Below are positions 53,327-61,696 of a DNA stretch of 64,000 bases, piece after piece. A model generated the notes under the pieces. The model did no database searches and was not told where the DNA came from. It saw only the letters and a program-made list of their open reading frames with translations. Numbering within the stretch: position 1 is the first letter of the stretch; each line of letters opens with the position of its first letter. The DNA is taken from assembly GCA_051872415.1 (NCBI GenBank), contig JBJEDW010000083.1:750-64749 (forward strand), written 5' to 3'. The translations under genes and the position numbers were made by a program. Origin of the DNA: Bacilli bacterium. GTDB taxonomy: Bacteria > Bacillota_I > Bacilli_A > RF39 > UBA660.

Positions 53327-55698
53327 TATTTAGATGATTTACTTTCTTCACGAACTTTATTGTGTTTTATACGATCTCTTTCTTCTGCTCTTTTACTATT
53401 GTTAAATCTATCAACTGTTCCAACTAGATATCCTGTAATACGTCTTATTCTTTCAAATTTTACACCATCTTTTTCTGTTCTTCCACAACCTGGACAAACG
53501 TCATTAATTACTCCGGTAAATCCACAGACAGGGTCTCTGTCTACTGGATGATTAATTGCTCCGTATCCAATACCTGATTCTTTCATTTGTTTTACTATTT
53601 TTTCGAATGCATTAACATTTGAAGTAGGATCTCCATCAAGTTCTACATAAGTTATGTGACCAGCATTGGTAAGAGCATGAAATGGTGCTTCTGTTTTGAT
53701 TTTTTTATCAATTGTTATTTTATAATGTACTGGAACATGGAAAGAGTTAGTATAATACTCTCTATCTGTTACACCTTTTATTTTTCCATAAATTGATCTA
53801 TCAATTGCAGTAAAACGTCCGGAAAGACCTTCTGCTGGAGTTGCTAGAAGTGTAAAATTAAGTTTATATTCTTGGGCATAACTATCACATTTATCACGCA
53901 TAAACTTGATTATTTCATAACCTTTATCAAAAGCTTTTTTGCTTTCTCCGTGATGTTCTCCAATTAAGGCTTTAAGACATTCCGCAAGTCCAATAAATCC
54001 AATACTTAGAGTGCCTTGTTTTAGAACTCTTTTAATTCTATCTTCATTTTTTAATGATTTAGAGTCAATCCATACTCCTTGTCCAAGTAAGAATGGAAAA
54101 TTATATACTTTTCTTTTGCATTGAAGTTCAAATCTTTCTAATAATTGATCCTTTACTAAATCCATCATTGAAGAAAGCTCTTCATAAAATCCATCAAAGT
54201 CTGGTTTATCATTATTTAAAATACCATGTTTTATTCCAATTCTTACAAGATTAATTGAAGTAAATGAAAGATTTCCTCTTCCTGGAGTTATAGCTTTATT
54301 TGAATCAACAACGTTTCCTAAAACTCTAGTTCTACATCCCATGTATCCTACTTCAGTTTTATAATCACCTTCTTTATAATATTCTTTATTGAAAGGCGCG
54401 TCTATAAATGAAAAGTTAGGGAACAATCTTTTAGCAGATACTTCACATGCTAAATGGAATAAATCATAATTAGGATCTTTTTTATTATAATTTACCCCTT
54501 CTTTTACTTTGAAAATAGATACAGGGAAAATTGGTGTTTCTCCTCTTCCAAGTCCTGCATCTGTTGCTAAAAGGAAATTTTTAATTACCATTCTTCCTTC
54601 ACTTGATGTGTCGGTTCCAAAATTAATTGAAGAAAAAGGCACTTGTGCTCCTGCTCTAGAATGCATTGTGTTTAGATTGTGAATAAAACTTTCCATTGCT
54701 TGATAAGTCATTCTATCAGTTTTTTCTAAAGCTTTTTTATTAGCAAGTCTAAAAATCTTTAAAACTCTTTCTTCTTCTTTAGCAAAACTATCTAGATTAC
54801 TAATATCATAATCAATAGTAGTTATTTTATCTATTTCTTTTTCTATTTTATTAAATTTTATGAAGTTTAAGAATCCTTCTAATTCTAAGTAATCATATAT
54901 TTCTTGTTTTAGTTCTTTTTTATAAGTTTTAACTACTCCAGGAGCCATGTAATAATCAAAGGCTGGAATTGATTGTCCACCATGTTGATCATTTTGATTA
55001 GATTGAATTGCTATTGCTGCAAGGGCTGAATAACTCATAATACTATTTGGGGTTCTTAAATGACCGTGTCCTGTTGAAAAGCCACCAGAAAATAGTTCAT
55101 TTAAGTCTATTTGACAACAAGTAGTAGTGCCCATTGGCATAAAATCCATATCATGAATATGAATAGCACCTTTATCATGAGCTTCTGCAAATTTAGGTTT
55201 CATTAAATAACTTTTAGCAAATTCTTTGGTTAAAGTACTTCCAAATTGAAGCATAGTTCCCATAGCAGTATCGCCATCTACATTAGCATTTTCTCTTTTA
55301 GCATCAACATTTTTAGCATCTTCCATGCCAAGTGCTTCAATTGATTTTAAAAATTTATGTTCTTTGGATTTAAATACTTCTCTTGATTTTGTTCTCATTG
55401 CTCTATAAGTAGAAAATCTATCATAGACATCCATATATTCATACTTTTTTAATTTTTCTTCAATTAAGTCTTGAATATCTTCAATTTTGATACTCTTCTT
55501 ATCTTGATAATTCTTTGTTATATCTTTGATGACAGCTTCATAAATTTTAGTTATATCTTTGTCAGTATAAGGGGAATTTTCTATACTGTCAAAGCCTTTC
55601 TTGATTGCTATAGCAATCTTTTCTTCTTCGAAACTTGTTTTTTTTCCATCTCTTTTAATGACTGTTAGCATTTTTGCATTTTCATCTAAAGTGATCAT
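53326..55698 (-). CDS. nrdD: Anaerobic ribonucleoside-triphosphate reductase
   Basis: ATP-cone (VIKRDGKKTSFEEEKI), Zn-ribbon CGF...CPGCG, and glycyl-radical motif RRITGYLVG. I prefer the start at ATG 55698 (MITLDEN), with GGGAGG 9 nt upstream, over the track start at 55767. Confidence 0.9.
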   Translation of the reverse strand: MITLDENAKMLTVIKRDGKKTSFEEEKIAIAIKKGFDSIENSPYTDKDITKIYEAVIKDITKNYQDKKSIKIEDIQDLIEEKLKKYEYMDVYDRFSTYRAMRTKSREVFKSKEHKFLKSIEALGMEDAKNVDAKRENANVDGDTAMGTMLQFGSTLTKEFAKSYLMKPKFAEAHDKGAIHIHDMDFMPMGTTTCCQIDLNELFSGGFSTGHGHLRTPNSIMSYSALAAIAIQSNQNDQHGGQSIPAFDYYMAPGVVKTYKKELKQEIYDYLELEGFLNFIKFNKIEKEIDKITTIDYDISNLDSFAKEEERVLKIFRLANKKALEKTDRMTYQAMESFIHNLNTMHSRAGAQVPFSSINFGTDTSSEGRMVIKNFLLATDAGLGRGETPIFPVSIFKVKEGVNYNKKDPNYDLFHLACEVSAKRLFPNFSFIDAPFNKEYYKEGDYKTEVGYMGCRTRVLGNVVDSNKAITPGRGNLSFTSINLVRIGIKHGILNNDKPDFDGFYEELSSMMDLVKDQLLERFELQCKRKVYNFPFLLGQGVWIDSKSLKNEDRIKRVLKQGTLSIGFIGLAECLKALIGEHHGESKKAFDKGYEIIKFMRDKCDSYAQEYKLNFTLLATPAEGLSGRFTAIDRSIYGKIKGVTDREYYTNSFHVPVHYKITIDKKIKTEAPFHALTNAGHITYVELDGDPTSNVNAFEKIVKQMKESGIGYGAINHPVDRDPVCGFTGVINDVCPGCGRTEKDGVKFERIRRITGYLVGTVDRFNNSKRAEERDRIKHNKVREESKSSK

Positions 55699-55738
55699 TA
55701 ATATTACCTCCCTTATTATCTTAATAGTTTCTAAATTG

Positions 55739-55767
55739 ATATTACTATTAAGAAACTTAAAAGTCAA
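55739..55767 (-). promoter_or_regulatory. Putative sigma-A promoter of nrdDG-smr
   Basis: On the minus strand: TTGACT (55767-55762), 17-nt spacer, TAATAT (55744-55739). Phased A-tract repeats lie upstream. Confidence 0.4.
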
Positions 55768-55801
55768 TATGATATTTTGACATTTTTTGATATTTTTTGA
55801 T

Positions 55802-55826
55802 AAAAAACAGTGTTTTATTTAACACT
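55802..55826 (-). terminator. Intrinsic terminator of the DUF368 gene
   Basis: AGTGTT-n6-AACACT hairpin overlapping the TAG stop, followed on the minus strand by GTTTTTT. Confidence 0.5.
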
Positions 55827-56643
55827 ATTCTTTTTCAATATTCTTAGCCAAAAGATATCCCCATAAAAATGCAAGGATTGATGTAAATATATTGACAAAA
55901 TCAATTGTAAAATGTTTTATTTCAAGAAGAGCTATTACAACACTTGAAGCCATAAGAGCAGATATTACTACAAAAAAGTATGATCTATATTTTCGCATAA
56001 AATAATAAATTAATTTAGATATTAATAAAAGCCCTATCAAAATAGATAATATGAATACTACTATAATCAAAAAATCTGAAAGATGAGAAAATGTTTTTAA
56101 AGAGGTTATAACATATTCATACTTATCTAATAATATATAAAAAGTGCTTGCAGAAAAAGCTGGTACTATTATAGCTATAGCAGTTATAATCCCTGAAAAA
56201 ATAGGCATTAAATATTCTGGCATATATAAAGTTTTGCTATTTTTGATAAAGACAATACCTAAAATAGATAAAATGAATACCATTAAAAAGATAACTATTA
56301 GTGATTTAGTAGGTTTTATTCTTTCTTTTCTTATGATTAGCATGTAACCTCCTGCTATCAGTCCAATAAATAGAAAAATAGTTTGAGTTTTATAGTTATC
56401 TAAGAAATAAGTTACTAAATGAGAACCTGCAAAAAGACCAATAATTATTCCTATTATTAAAGGTATTGTTATTAAAAATAAGGCTTTATTCTTTTTCTTG
56501 AATATATTTGCTAAAGACTTAATAAACTCTTCGTAAGAACTTAAAGATATAATAATAGATGCAGAACTTATGCCAGGAATTAAACTTCCTATTCCTGTTA
56601 TAAGGCCTTTAACAATTGATAAAAAGCCATCCTTATTTTTCAT
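55825..56643 (-). CDS. DUF368-family polytopic membrane protein
   Basis: GLITGIGSLIPGISSASIII motif and about 8 TM segments. Members of this family have been reported as undecaprenyl-phosphate recycling translocases (from memory). Confidence 0.7.
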   Translation of the reverse strand: MKNKDGFLSIVKGLITGIGSLIPGISSASIIISLSSYEEFIKSLANIFKKKNKALFLITIPLIIGIIIGLFAGSHLVTYFLDNYKTQTIFLFIGLIAGGYMLIIRKERIKPTKSLIVIFLMVFILSILGIVFIKNSKTLYMPEYLMPIFSGIITAIAIIVPAFSASTFYILLDKYEYVITSLKTFSHLSDFLIIVVFILSILIGLLLISKLIYYFMRKYRSYFFVVISALMASSVVIALLEIKHFTIDFVNIFTSILAFLWGYLLAKNIEKE

Positions 56644-56644
56644 G

Positions 56645-56923
56645 TTATTTTACATCATCCATAAACCAAAGTTTCATACTATAAGTAATGTTTTGAGCTG
56701 GTATTTTATATTCTACAATTTTATAAATAGTATAATCATGAACTGTGACTATTCCATCGTTTTTAGTATATTCTTTCTTTTCCCCTGCAAATAATGGTTC
56801 TTGATTTTTACTTATTTTAAAGAAATTTAAATATCCTAAAACAAAATATGCTACCACCAAAACAATAATAATATCAATAATTATAAAAATAGTATTTCGA
56901 ATTTTTTTATTTTTCTTTTTCAC
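56645..56923 (-). CDS. Small membrane-anchored hypothetical protein
   Basis: Basic N-terminus plus one TM segment (IFIIIDIIIVLVVAYFVLGYL) and a ~55-aa ectodomain. Its stop lies 1 nt from the DUF368 start. Confidence 0.4.
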   Translation of the reverse strand: MKKKNKKIRNTIFIIIDIIIVLVVAYFVLGYLNFFKISKNQEPLFAGEKKEYTKNDGIVTVHDYTIYKIVEYKIPAQNITYSMKLWFMDDVK

Positions 56924-57096
56924 TTTACATTCCTCCTATAATGCAATTATATAATAAGAGGAAAAATTTTTAAAGACTTTTTCTTTAATTTGCATTTTTT
57001 AATGCAAGTAAAAATTATAAGGATTGGTTTTAAATAAATAGTTATACCTAATGTCTTACAATGACTTTATTAAAAGTAAAGTAAAAAAAAGAAGGC

Positions 57097-57357
57097 TTAT
57101 TCAGCCTCTACTATAAGTTTGATTGCAGTTCTTTCTTCACCATCTATATTTATGTCAGAAAATGCAGGAATACAAACTAGATTTTTTCCGCTAGGGGCTA
57201 CAAAACCTCTTGAAATTGCTATTGCTTTTATTGCTTGGTTTAAAGCTCCTGCTCCTATTGCTTGTACTTCTACTATGCCTTTATCTCTAAAAACGTTAGT
57301 TAAAGCTCCTGCTACCTTATTTGGGTTAGATTTAGATGATACTTTTAATATATCCAT
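57097..57357 (-). CDS. spoVS: Stage V sporulation protein S
   Basis: 86 aa, nearly collinear with B. subtilis SpoVS as I recall it (ILKVS.KS.PN.VAGAL...QAIGAGALNQA.KA.AI.RGFVAPSG..L.CIPAF.DI.IDGEERTAIKLIVE). Confidence 0.9.
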   Translation of the reverse strand: MDILKVSSKSNPNKVAGALTNVFRDKGIVEVQAIGAGALNQAIKAIAISRGFVAPSGKNLVCIPAFSDINIDGEERTAIKLIVEAE

Positions 57358-57440
57358 TATTTTATCACTTTCCTTCCTATACTTAATTATATTTTTGTAT
57401 AAGAAAAAAAGAACTTTATCAAATTGTTTTTAACTATGCA

Positions 57441-57578
57441 TCATCTTATTTGTTTTGTATTTTCTTTGATAAGTTTAGTAAGATAAGTCCTAGGAATATT
57501 ATTATCAGTAACATCTTTAGTAGTCAAATAACCATTTTTAAATAAATTTAAAATTTTATTTTCATATTTCATATTCAT
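57441..57578 (-). pseudogene. 45-codon orphan fragment resembling the N-terminal domain of AbiEi-type antitoxins
   Basis: My own translation: MNMKYENKILNLFKNGYLTTKDVTDNNIPRTYLTKLIKENTKQIR. It follows the AbiEi N-terminal pattern (...G.iT.k.....gI.r.yL..Lvk.G.l.r). It is truncated and has no AbiEii partner. Confidence 0.3.
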
Positions 57579-57672
57579 TTTTTCCTTTTACACTTAAATT
57601 ATTACATATTTAAGTGTACTTGGAAATATATTTTTAAATAAATTTATCTTCATTATTAAAAAAAAACAGAAA

Positions 57673-58344
57673 CTATAAAATTTCTATTTCTTCTTCCTCT
57701 TCTTCAATTTTAGGTTGTTTTATACTATTAATTACAGGTTTTTCTGTTTTTATATCTTTTATTTTTGGATAAACTTCTATTTGTTTTTCTTCTTTCGGAC
57801 TTTCAAACTCTTGCTTGAAGACATCTACTTTCTCTTCCATTATCTCTTGTTTTGGAATTTCTTGTTGTTGGAACATTTCTATTTTTTTATCTTCTGCTTT
57901 TTCAAACTCTTGTTCGAAAGCATCCATTTTTTCTTCATTTTCTAATTTTTTTGGAATTTCAACTTTTGGTAATTCCTCTTTTAACGCAGAATTATCTGGA
58001 AAACTAAATATTTTTGTTTGTTCTAGATTAGTTTCAACATTATTATCTATGTTTTCTGGAGTTTTCTCTTCTGAAAAAGGATTATTTTCCATATTTTCAT
58101 TAGGTTTTTCTTCGGGTTTATTATTATTAATATTTTCGCTTGTACTACCATATATATTACTATTAAAACTTTCATTATTTTCATTTTCTATAGTTTTGTT
58201 ATAATCAATTTGATTTAAATTGCTAGATTCTGGTTTATCAGCAGTTTTATAGGCAATTATTACGATAATTATGGATAATAATAATAGCCCTACTCCAATA
58301 GTTATCAGTATTCCTGGAAATACTAGAAACATACTAAAATCCAT
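57673..58344 (-). CDS. Membrane-anchored, highly acidic Glu/Lys/Pro-rich low-complexity protein
   Basis: N-terminal TM segment (FLVFPGILITIGVGLLLLSIIIVIIAY), then a disordered acidic region with an internal ~27-aa duplication (EKMDAFEQEFEKAEDKKIEMF / EEKVDVFKQEFESPKEEKQIEVY). Confidence 0.5.
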   Translation of the reverse strand: MDFSMFLVFPGILITIGVGLLLLSIIIVIIAYKTADKPESSNLNQIDYNKTIENENNESFNSNIYGSTSENINNNKPEEKPNENMENNPFSEEKTPENIDNNVETNLEQTKIFSFPDNSALKEELPKVEIPKKLENEEKMDAFEQEFEKAEDKKIEMFQQQEIPKQEIMEEKVDVFKQEFESPKEEKQIEVYPKIKDIKTEKPVINSIKQPKIEEEEEEIEIL

Positions 58345-58436
58345 GTTAACCCACTCCTTATTCTATAAAAATAATAACAAAAATATTAATAATATGCAAG
58401 GATTTTGGTGTCAACTCTTGTTAAGTAAACAATATT

Positions 58437-59705
58437 TTAATTATTAGGAATAACTTTTACTATAGCTTTTGTATCAAAAGATAAACTTTTCTTAACTTCT
58501 TCTAAAATAGAATAATTTAGTTTTTTTATAATATTAATCTTATTTGGAATAACTTTATTATAATCAAGTAAATCATCAAGTACTTCATAAAGACTATTTA
58601 CTGGGCTATCAATAGTTCTTATTTCGTTAGCTATCCAAAGTTTTTTCTCTCTTTCAAAACTTTCTTCATCTATTTTTATGTCTTTGATATATTCTGTTAA
58701 ACTTTCTATTAGTTCATCTGCTTTATTAGTATTTGCGTATAACTCTATTATATAATGAGACTCTATTTCAAATATTCTGTACATACTACTTGAAAATAAA
58801 TTTTCTTCTAACCATTTTTCTCTTATTTTAGAAGTAGTTCCAAGTCCTATACTTAAAAGACTATGTAAATATATATCAAGTTCAAATGAAGTTATTTTAA
58901 TATGTTTAAAATTATCTTTTGGTATTTTATATGCTACTGCAACTTTAGGTATTTCAACATTCATTTTTATTTCTTCATATTCTTTTGCTACATCATTAGG
59001 CTCTTCTAAATATACCTTTTCTATCTTGTTTATATTTTTTGTTAAATTACTAGTTTCTTCTTTAATTATAGTAATTGCTTTTTCAGGATTGATACTGCCT
59101 GTTGCTATTAAATACATGTTGTCAGGAGTATAAAAGTTATTAAAACATAATTCTAACTCTTCTTTAGTAATACTTACAATATCTTCATCTGTTCCTATTA
59201 CTTTATTTTTGCTAGGATCATTTATAAAAATATTTTCTTTTATTTTATTATATAAAACCCTGTCTGGACTATCTTTATACATACTAGCTTCTTCTAATAT
59301 TATTCCTTGTTCTTTTTTTACTTGTTCTTCTGTTATTTCTAACTTTTGAAGCCAGTTTAAAATATATTTTAAGCTTTTTTCAAAACTTTTATTACCTACA
59401 AAGTAATAACCTGTGTAATCATTTGAAGTTGAAGCATTAACATCTGTTCCAAATTTTTGGAAAAATTTAAATGGATCATTTTCTCTTTCAAACATTTTAT
59501 GTTCTAAAAAATGAGCTATTCCCGTTGGGGTTGTTATAGAGTTTCCATTTATTTTAAAGTTAATATCTCTTCCTCCATATTTTACGGCATACATGCATGA
59601 AAAGTTTTGTTTATTTTTCATTGGCAAAAGAAAAACTTCTAAACCATTTTCTAATTTTTCGTAGTATAATTTTTCTTTAAAATTATTAATTTGATATTCT
59701 TTCAT
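58437..59705 (-). CDS. M16-family zinc peptidase (active-type subunit)
   Basis: Inverted zinc motif HFLEHKMFE (HxxEH) near the N-terminus. ~420 aa. Confidence 0.85.
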   Translation of the reverse strand: MKEYQINNFKEKLYYEKLENGLEVFLLPMKNKQNFSCMYAVKYGGRDINFKINGNSITTPTGIAHFLEHKMFERENDPFKFFQKFGTDVNASTSNDYTGYYFVGNKSFEKSLKYILNWLQKLEITEEQVKKEQGIILEEASMYKDSPDRVLYNKIKENIFINDPSKNKVIGTDEDIVSITKEELELCFNNFYTPDNMYLIATGSINPEKAITIIKEETSNLTKNINKIEKVYLEEPNDVAKEYEEIKMNVEIPKVAVAYKIPKDNFKHIKITSFELDIYLHSLLSIGLGTTSKIREKWLEENLFSSSMYRIFEIESHYIIELYANTNKADELIESLTEYIKDIKIDEESFEREKKLWIANEIRTIDSPVNSLYEVLDDLLDYNKVIPNKINIIKKLNYSILEEVKKSLSFDTKAIVKVIPNN

Positions 59706-60954
59706 TTTGACCTTCCTTTAAAAGAAATATTGTATCTATATTTATTTTATTAGCTACCCTAACAATATCTTCTTTAGTTACTTTTTTTATTTCTTCTTTT
59801 TGTTTTATTAGAGTTTCATTTCCAAGGTATAGAAAATTGAAATAATGGTCTAAAATAGCTCCAGGATATTCATCTACTTCTTTTATAACACTTAATACTA
59901 CTTCTTTAGCATCTTTTAGACTTTTTTCAGAAAATCTTCCTTCTTGCATCTGTTTAAATTGTTTGTAAATCTCTGTTTTTGCTTCTTGATAATTTTTAGA
60001 AGATATCCCTGCGCATACATAAAAAAGTCCGTCTAATCTATTTAAACTTGATGAAATACTATATGCAAAAGAGTTTTTTTCTCTAACATTTTGAAATAAT
60101 TTTGAATTAGGAGAATTTCCTAAAATTATGTTATATAACATGCCCTCATAAAATTTTTCGTGCTTAGTTAAATCACTTATACTTGCTCCAATCATCAATT
60201 TACTTTGGCTAAATTTTGATTGTTCACAAACTTCAGAAAATTCTTTTTCATAAGATATACAAATGTTGTTATAAGGAATATCTTTAGCTTTAGGATCGAA
60301 ATTATTAGTTATTAATTTTTCTATTTCTTTAAAATTAATATCTCCCACGATAAATATATCAATATGATTATTTTCAAAAAAACTTTGATAATATTTATAT
60401 AAAGACTCTGAAGTTATTTTTTCTAGTTCTTCTTCTGTACCTAAAATTGATGTAGGAAGAACATTATCTTTTCCTATTAATTCTTTAAATCTTTTATAGC
60501 CCCAGTACATAGGATCTTCTTTTTCTCTTTTGATAGCACTTTTTAATTTTTCATAATTTATTTTAAAAGCTGTTTCGTTAAATTTATCATTTTCTACGTT
60601 AGGATTATTTATTATATCAAATAAAAATTCTATTGAATTTTTAAGACTTTTTTCTTCAGAATAATTATCATCTATTACTGAGAGATTTATTTCAGTCATG
60701 ATTTGATTTCCACGTCTATAATTTCTACTAAATAATTCTGCGCTGAAAAGTTCTTCTTTTTTTATAGCCATTTTTCTTATTGTATTATATCTAGCAGAAG
60801 AAAAAAGAAGATTATTAACTAGCATATTTCTTAGGGTTAGATCTTCTTTTTGTAGTTTATTCCAAAAAACTATTTTTATTAAAACCGTTTTGAATCTTTT
60901 TGTTTTTATCAAGTGCAATTTATACCCATTTTTATTTATATCTTTTATTCGCAT
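59686..60954 (-). CDS. M16-family peptidase-like protein (non-catalytic-type subunit)
   Basis: Same size and fold pattern as the downstream paralog, but no HxxEH motif. Overlaps it by 20 nt. Confidence 0.75.
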   Translation of the reverse strand: MRIKDINKNGYKLHLIKTKRFKTVLIKIVFWNKLQKEDLTLRNMLVNNLLFSSARYNTIRKMAIKKEELFSAELFSRNYRRGNQIMTEINLSVIDDNYSEEKSLKNSIEFLFDIINNPNVENDKFNETAFKINYEKLKSAIKREKEDPMYWGYKRFKELIGKDNVLPTSILGTEEELEKITSESLYKYYQSFFENNHIDIFIVGDINFKEIEKLITNNFDPKAKDIPYNNICISYEKEFSEVCEQSKFSQSKLMIGASISDLTKHEKFYEGMLYNIILGNSPNSKLFQNVREKNSFAYSISSSLNRLDGLFYVCAGISSKNYQEAKTEIYKQFKQMQEGRFSEKSLKDAKEVVLSVIKEVDEYPGAILDHYFNFLYLGNETLIKQKEEIKKVTKEDIVRVANKINIDTIFLLKEGQNERISN

Positions 60955-60991
60955 AAGCCCTCCCTTTTTATTATAAACTTTTTTTTGATAT

Positions 60992-61684
60992 TTATAATGC
61001 TTCTAGGATAATTTTTATAGCACTTTCTAATGATTTTTCTCTTTCATCTGGTGTAAGCTTTTCATTAGTTTTTATTTTATCTGTAACTGTTAAGACAGAT
61101 GCTGCTTTTTTGTTTAGAAAGTTTGCTATATAGAAAAGTCCAAATGTTTCCATTTCTACTGCTAAATGACTTTCTTCTTCTATTTTTGAATCAGTATATT
61201 CTAGGTAGAATAAGTCACTAGTATTTATTGTACCTGTTAAAATATTAATGTCAAGCTTTTTTGAGGTTTCTATTAATTTTTCGTTTAAAGTGCTTGAAGG
61301 GTGCTCTTTGTTTTTATTTTCTCCTTTATGTTGGTAAGCAAAATTTGATAATGTATAAACTTCTGTTGGAATTATGATATCTCTTAGGTTAACATTATCT
61401 TGTAAAGCTCCGCATGTTCCTATTCTTATTATTTCTTCTACTTCGTAAAAGTTATATAGTTCATAAGAATATATTCCAATACTTGGCATACCCATTCCTG
61501 AAGCCATTACTGTTACCTTTTTACCATTATATTTTCCTGTAAAAGCTGGGATAGATCTTACATTGTTCACAAGTTTTACATCCTCTAAATAATTATCTGC
61601 AATAAATTTTGCTCTTTTAGGATCTCCCGGCATAATAACAGTTTTTGCTATTTCACCTTTTTTTGCTTTTATATGTGGTGTCAT
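60992..61684 (-). CDS. deoD: Purine nucleoside phosphorylase DeoD-type
   Basis: MTPHIKAKKGEIAKTVIMPGDPKRAKFIA...GMGMPS...RIGTCGA...VEMET. Confidence 0.9.
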   Translation of the reverse strand: MTPHIKAKKGEIAKTVIMPGDPKRAKFIADNYLEDVKLVNNVRSIPAFTGKYNGKKVTVMASGMGMPSIGIYSYELYNFYEVEEIIRIGTCGALQDNVNLRDIIIPTEVYTLSNFAYQHKGENKNKEHPSSTLNEKLIETSKKLDINILTGTINTSDLFYLEYTDSKIEEESHLAVEMETFGLFYIANFLNKKAASVLTVTDKIKTNEKLTPDEREKSLESAIKIILEAL

Positions 61685-61696
61685 ATTACTTCCTCC

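Noticed and set aside
55699-55824. NrdR box or cobalamin riboswitch upstream of nrdD
   Set aside because: No 16-bp NrdR-type palindrome and no B12-box-like sequence could be recognised. The leader is only about 40 nt from the predicted promoter to the ATG.
2788-58204. Many ORF-track entries lie antisense to, or nested within, well-supported genes. Coordinates: 2788-3045, 3526-3774, 5699-5887, 8770-9051, 10370-10615, 10477-10704, 13933-14148, 14759-14947, 16811-16993, 22443-22697, 24501-24719, 24815-25069, 25260-25589, 27890-28129, 28687-28869, 35805-36002, 40711-40908, 42876-43088, 42955-43167, 43187-43375, 43564-43755, 45863-46045, 46344-46526, 46934-47146, 52213-52431, 53360-53551, 55471-55668, 56144-56347, 56570-56794, 57119-57433, 57715-57945, 57815-58204.
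   Set aside because: They are shadow ORFs typical of AT-rich DNA. Their composition is low-complexity and rich in Phe, Ile, Leu and Ser. They have no RBS. Each overlaps a gene with clear family motifs on the other strand or in another frame.
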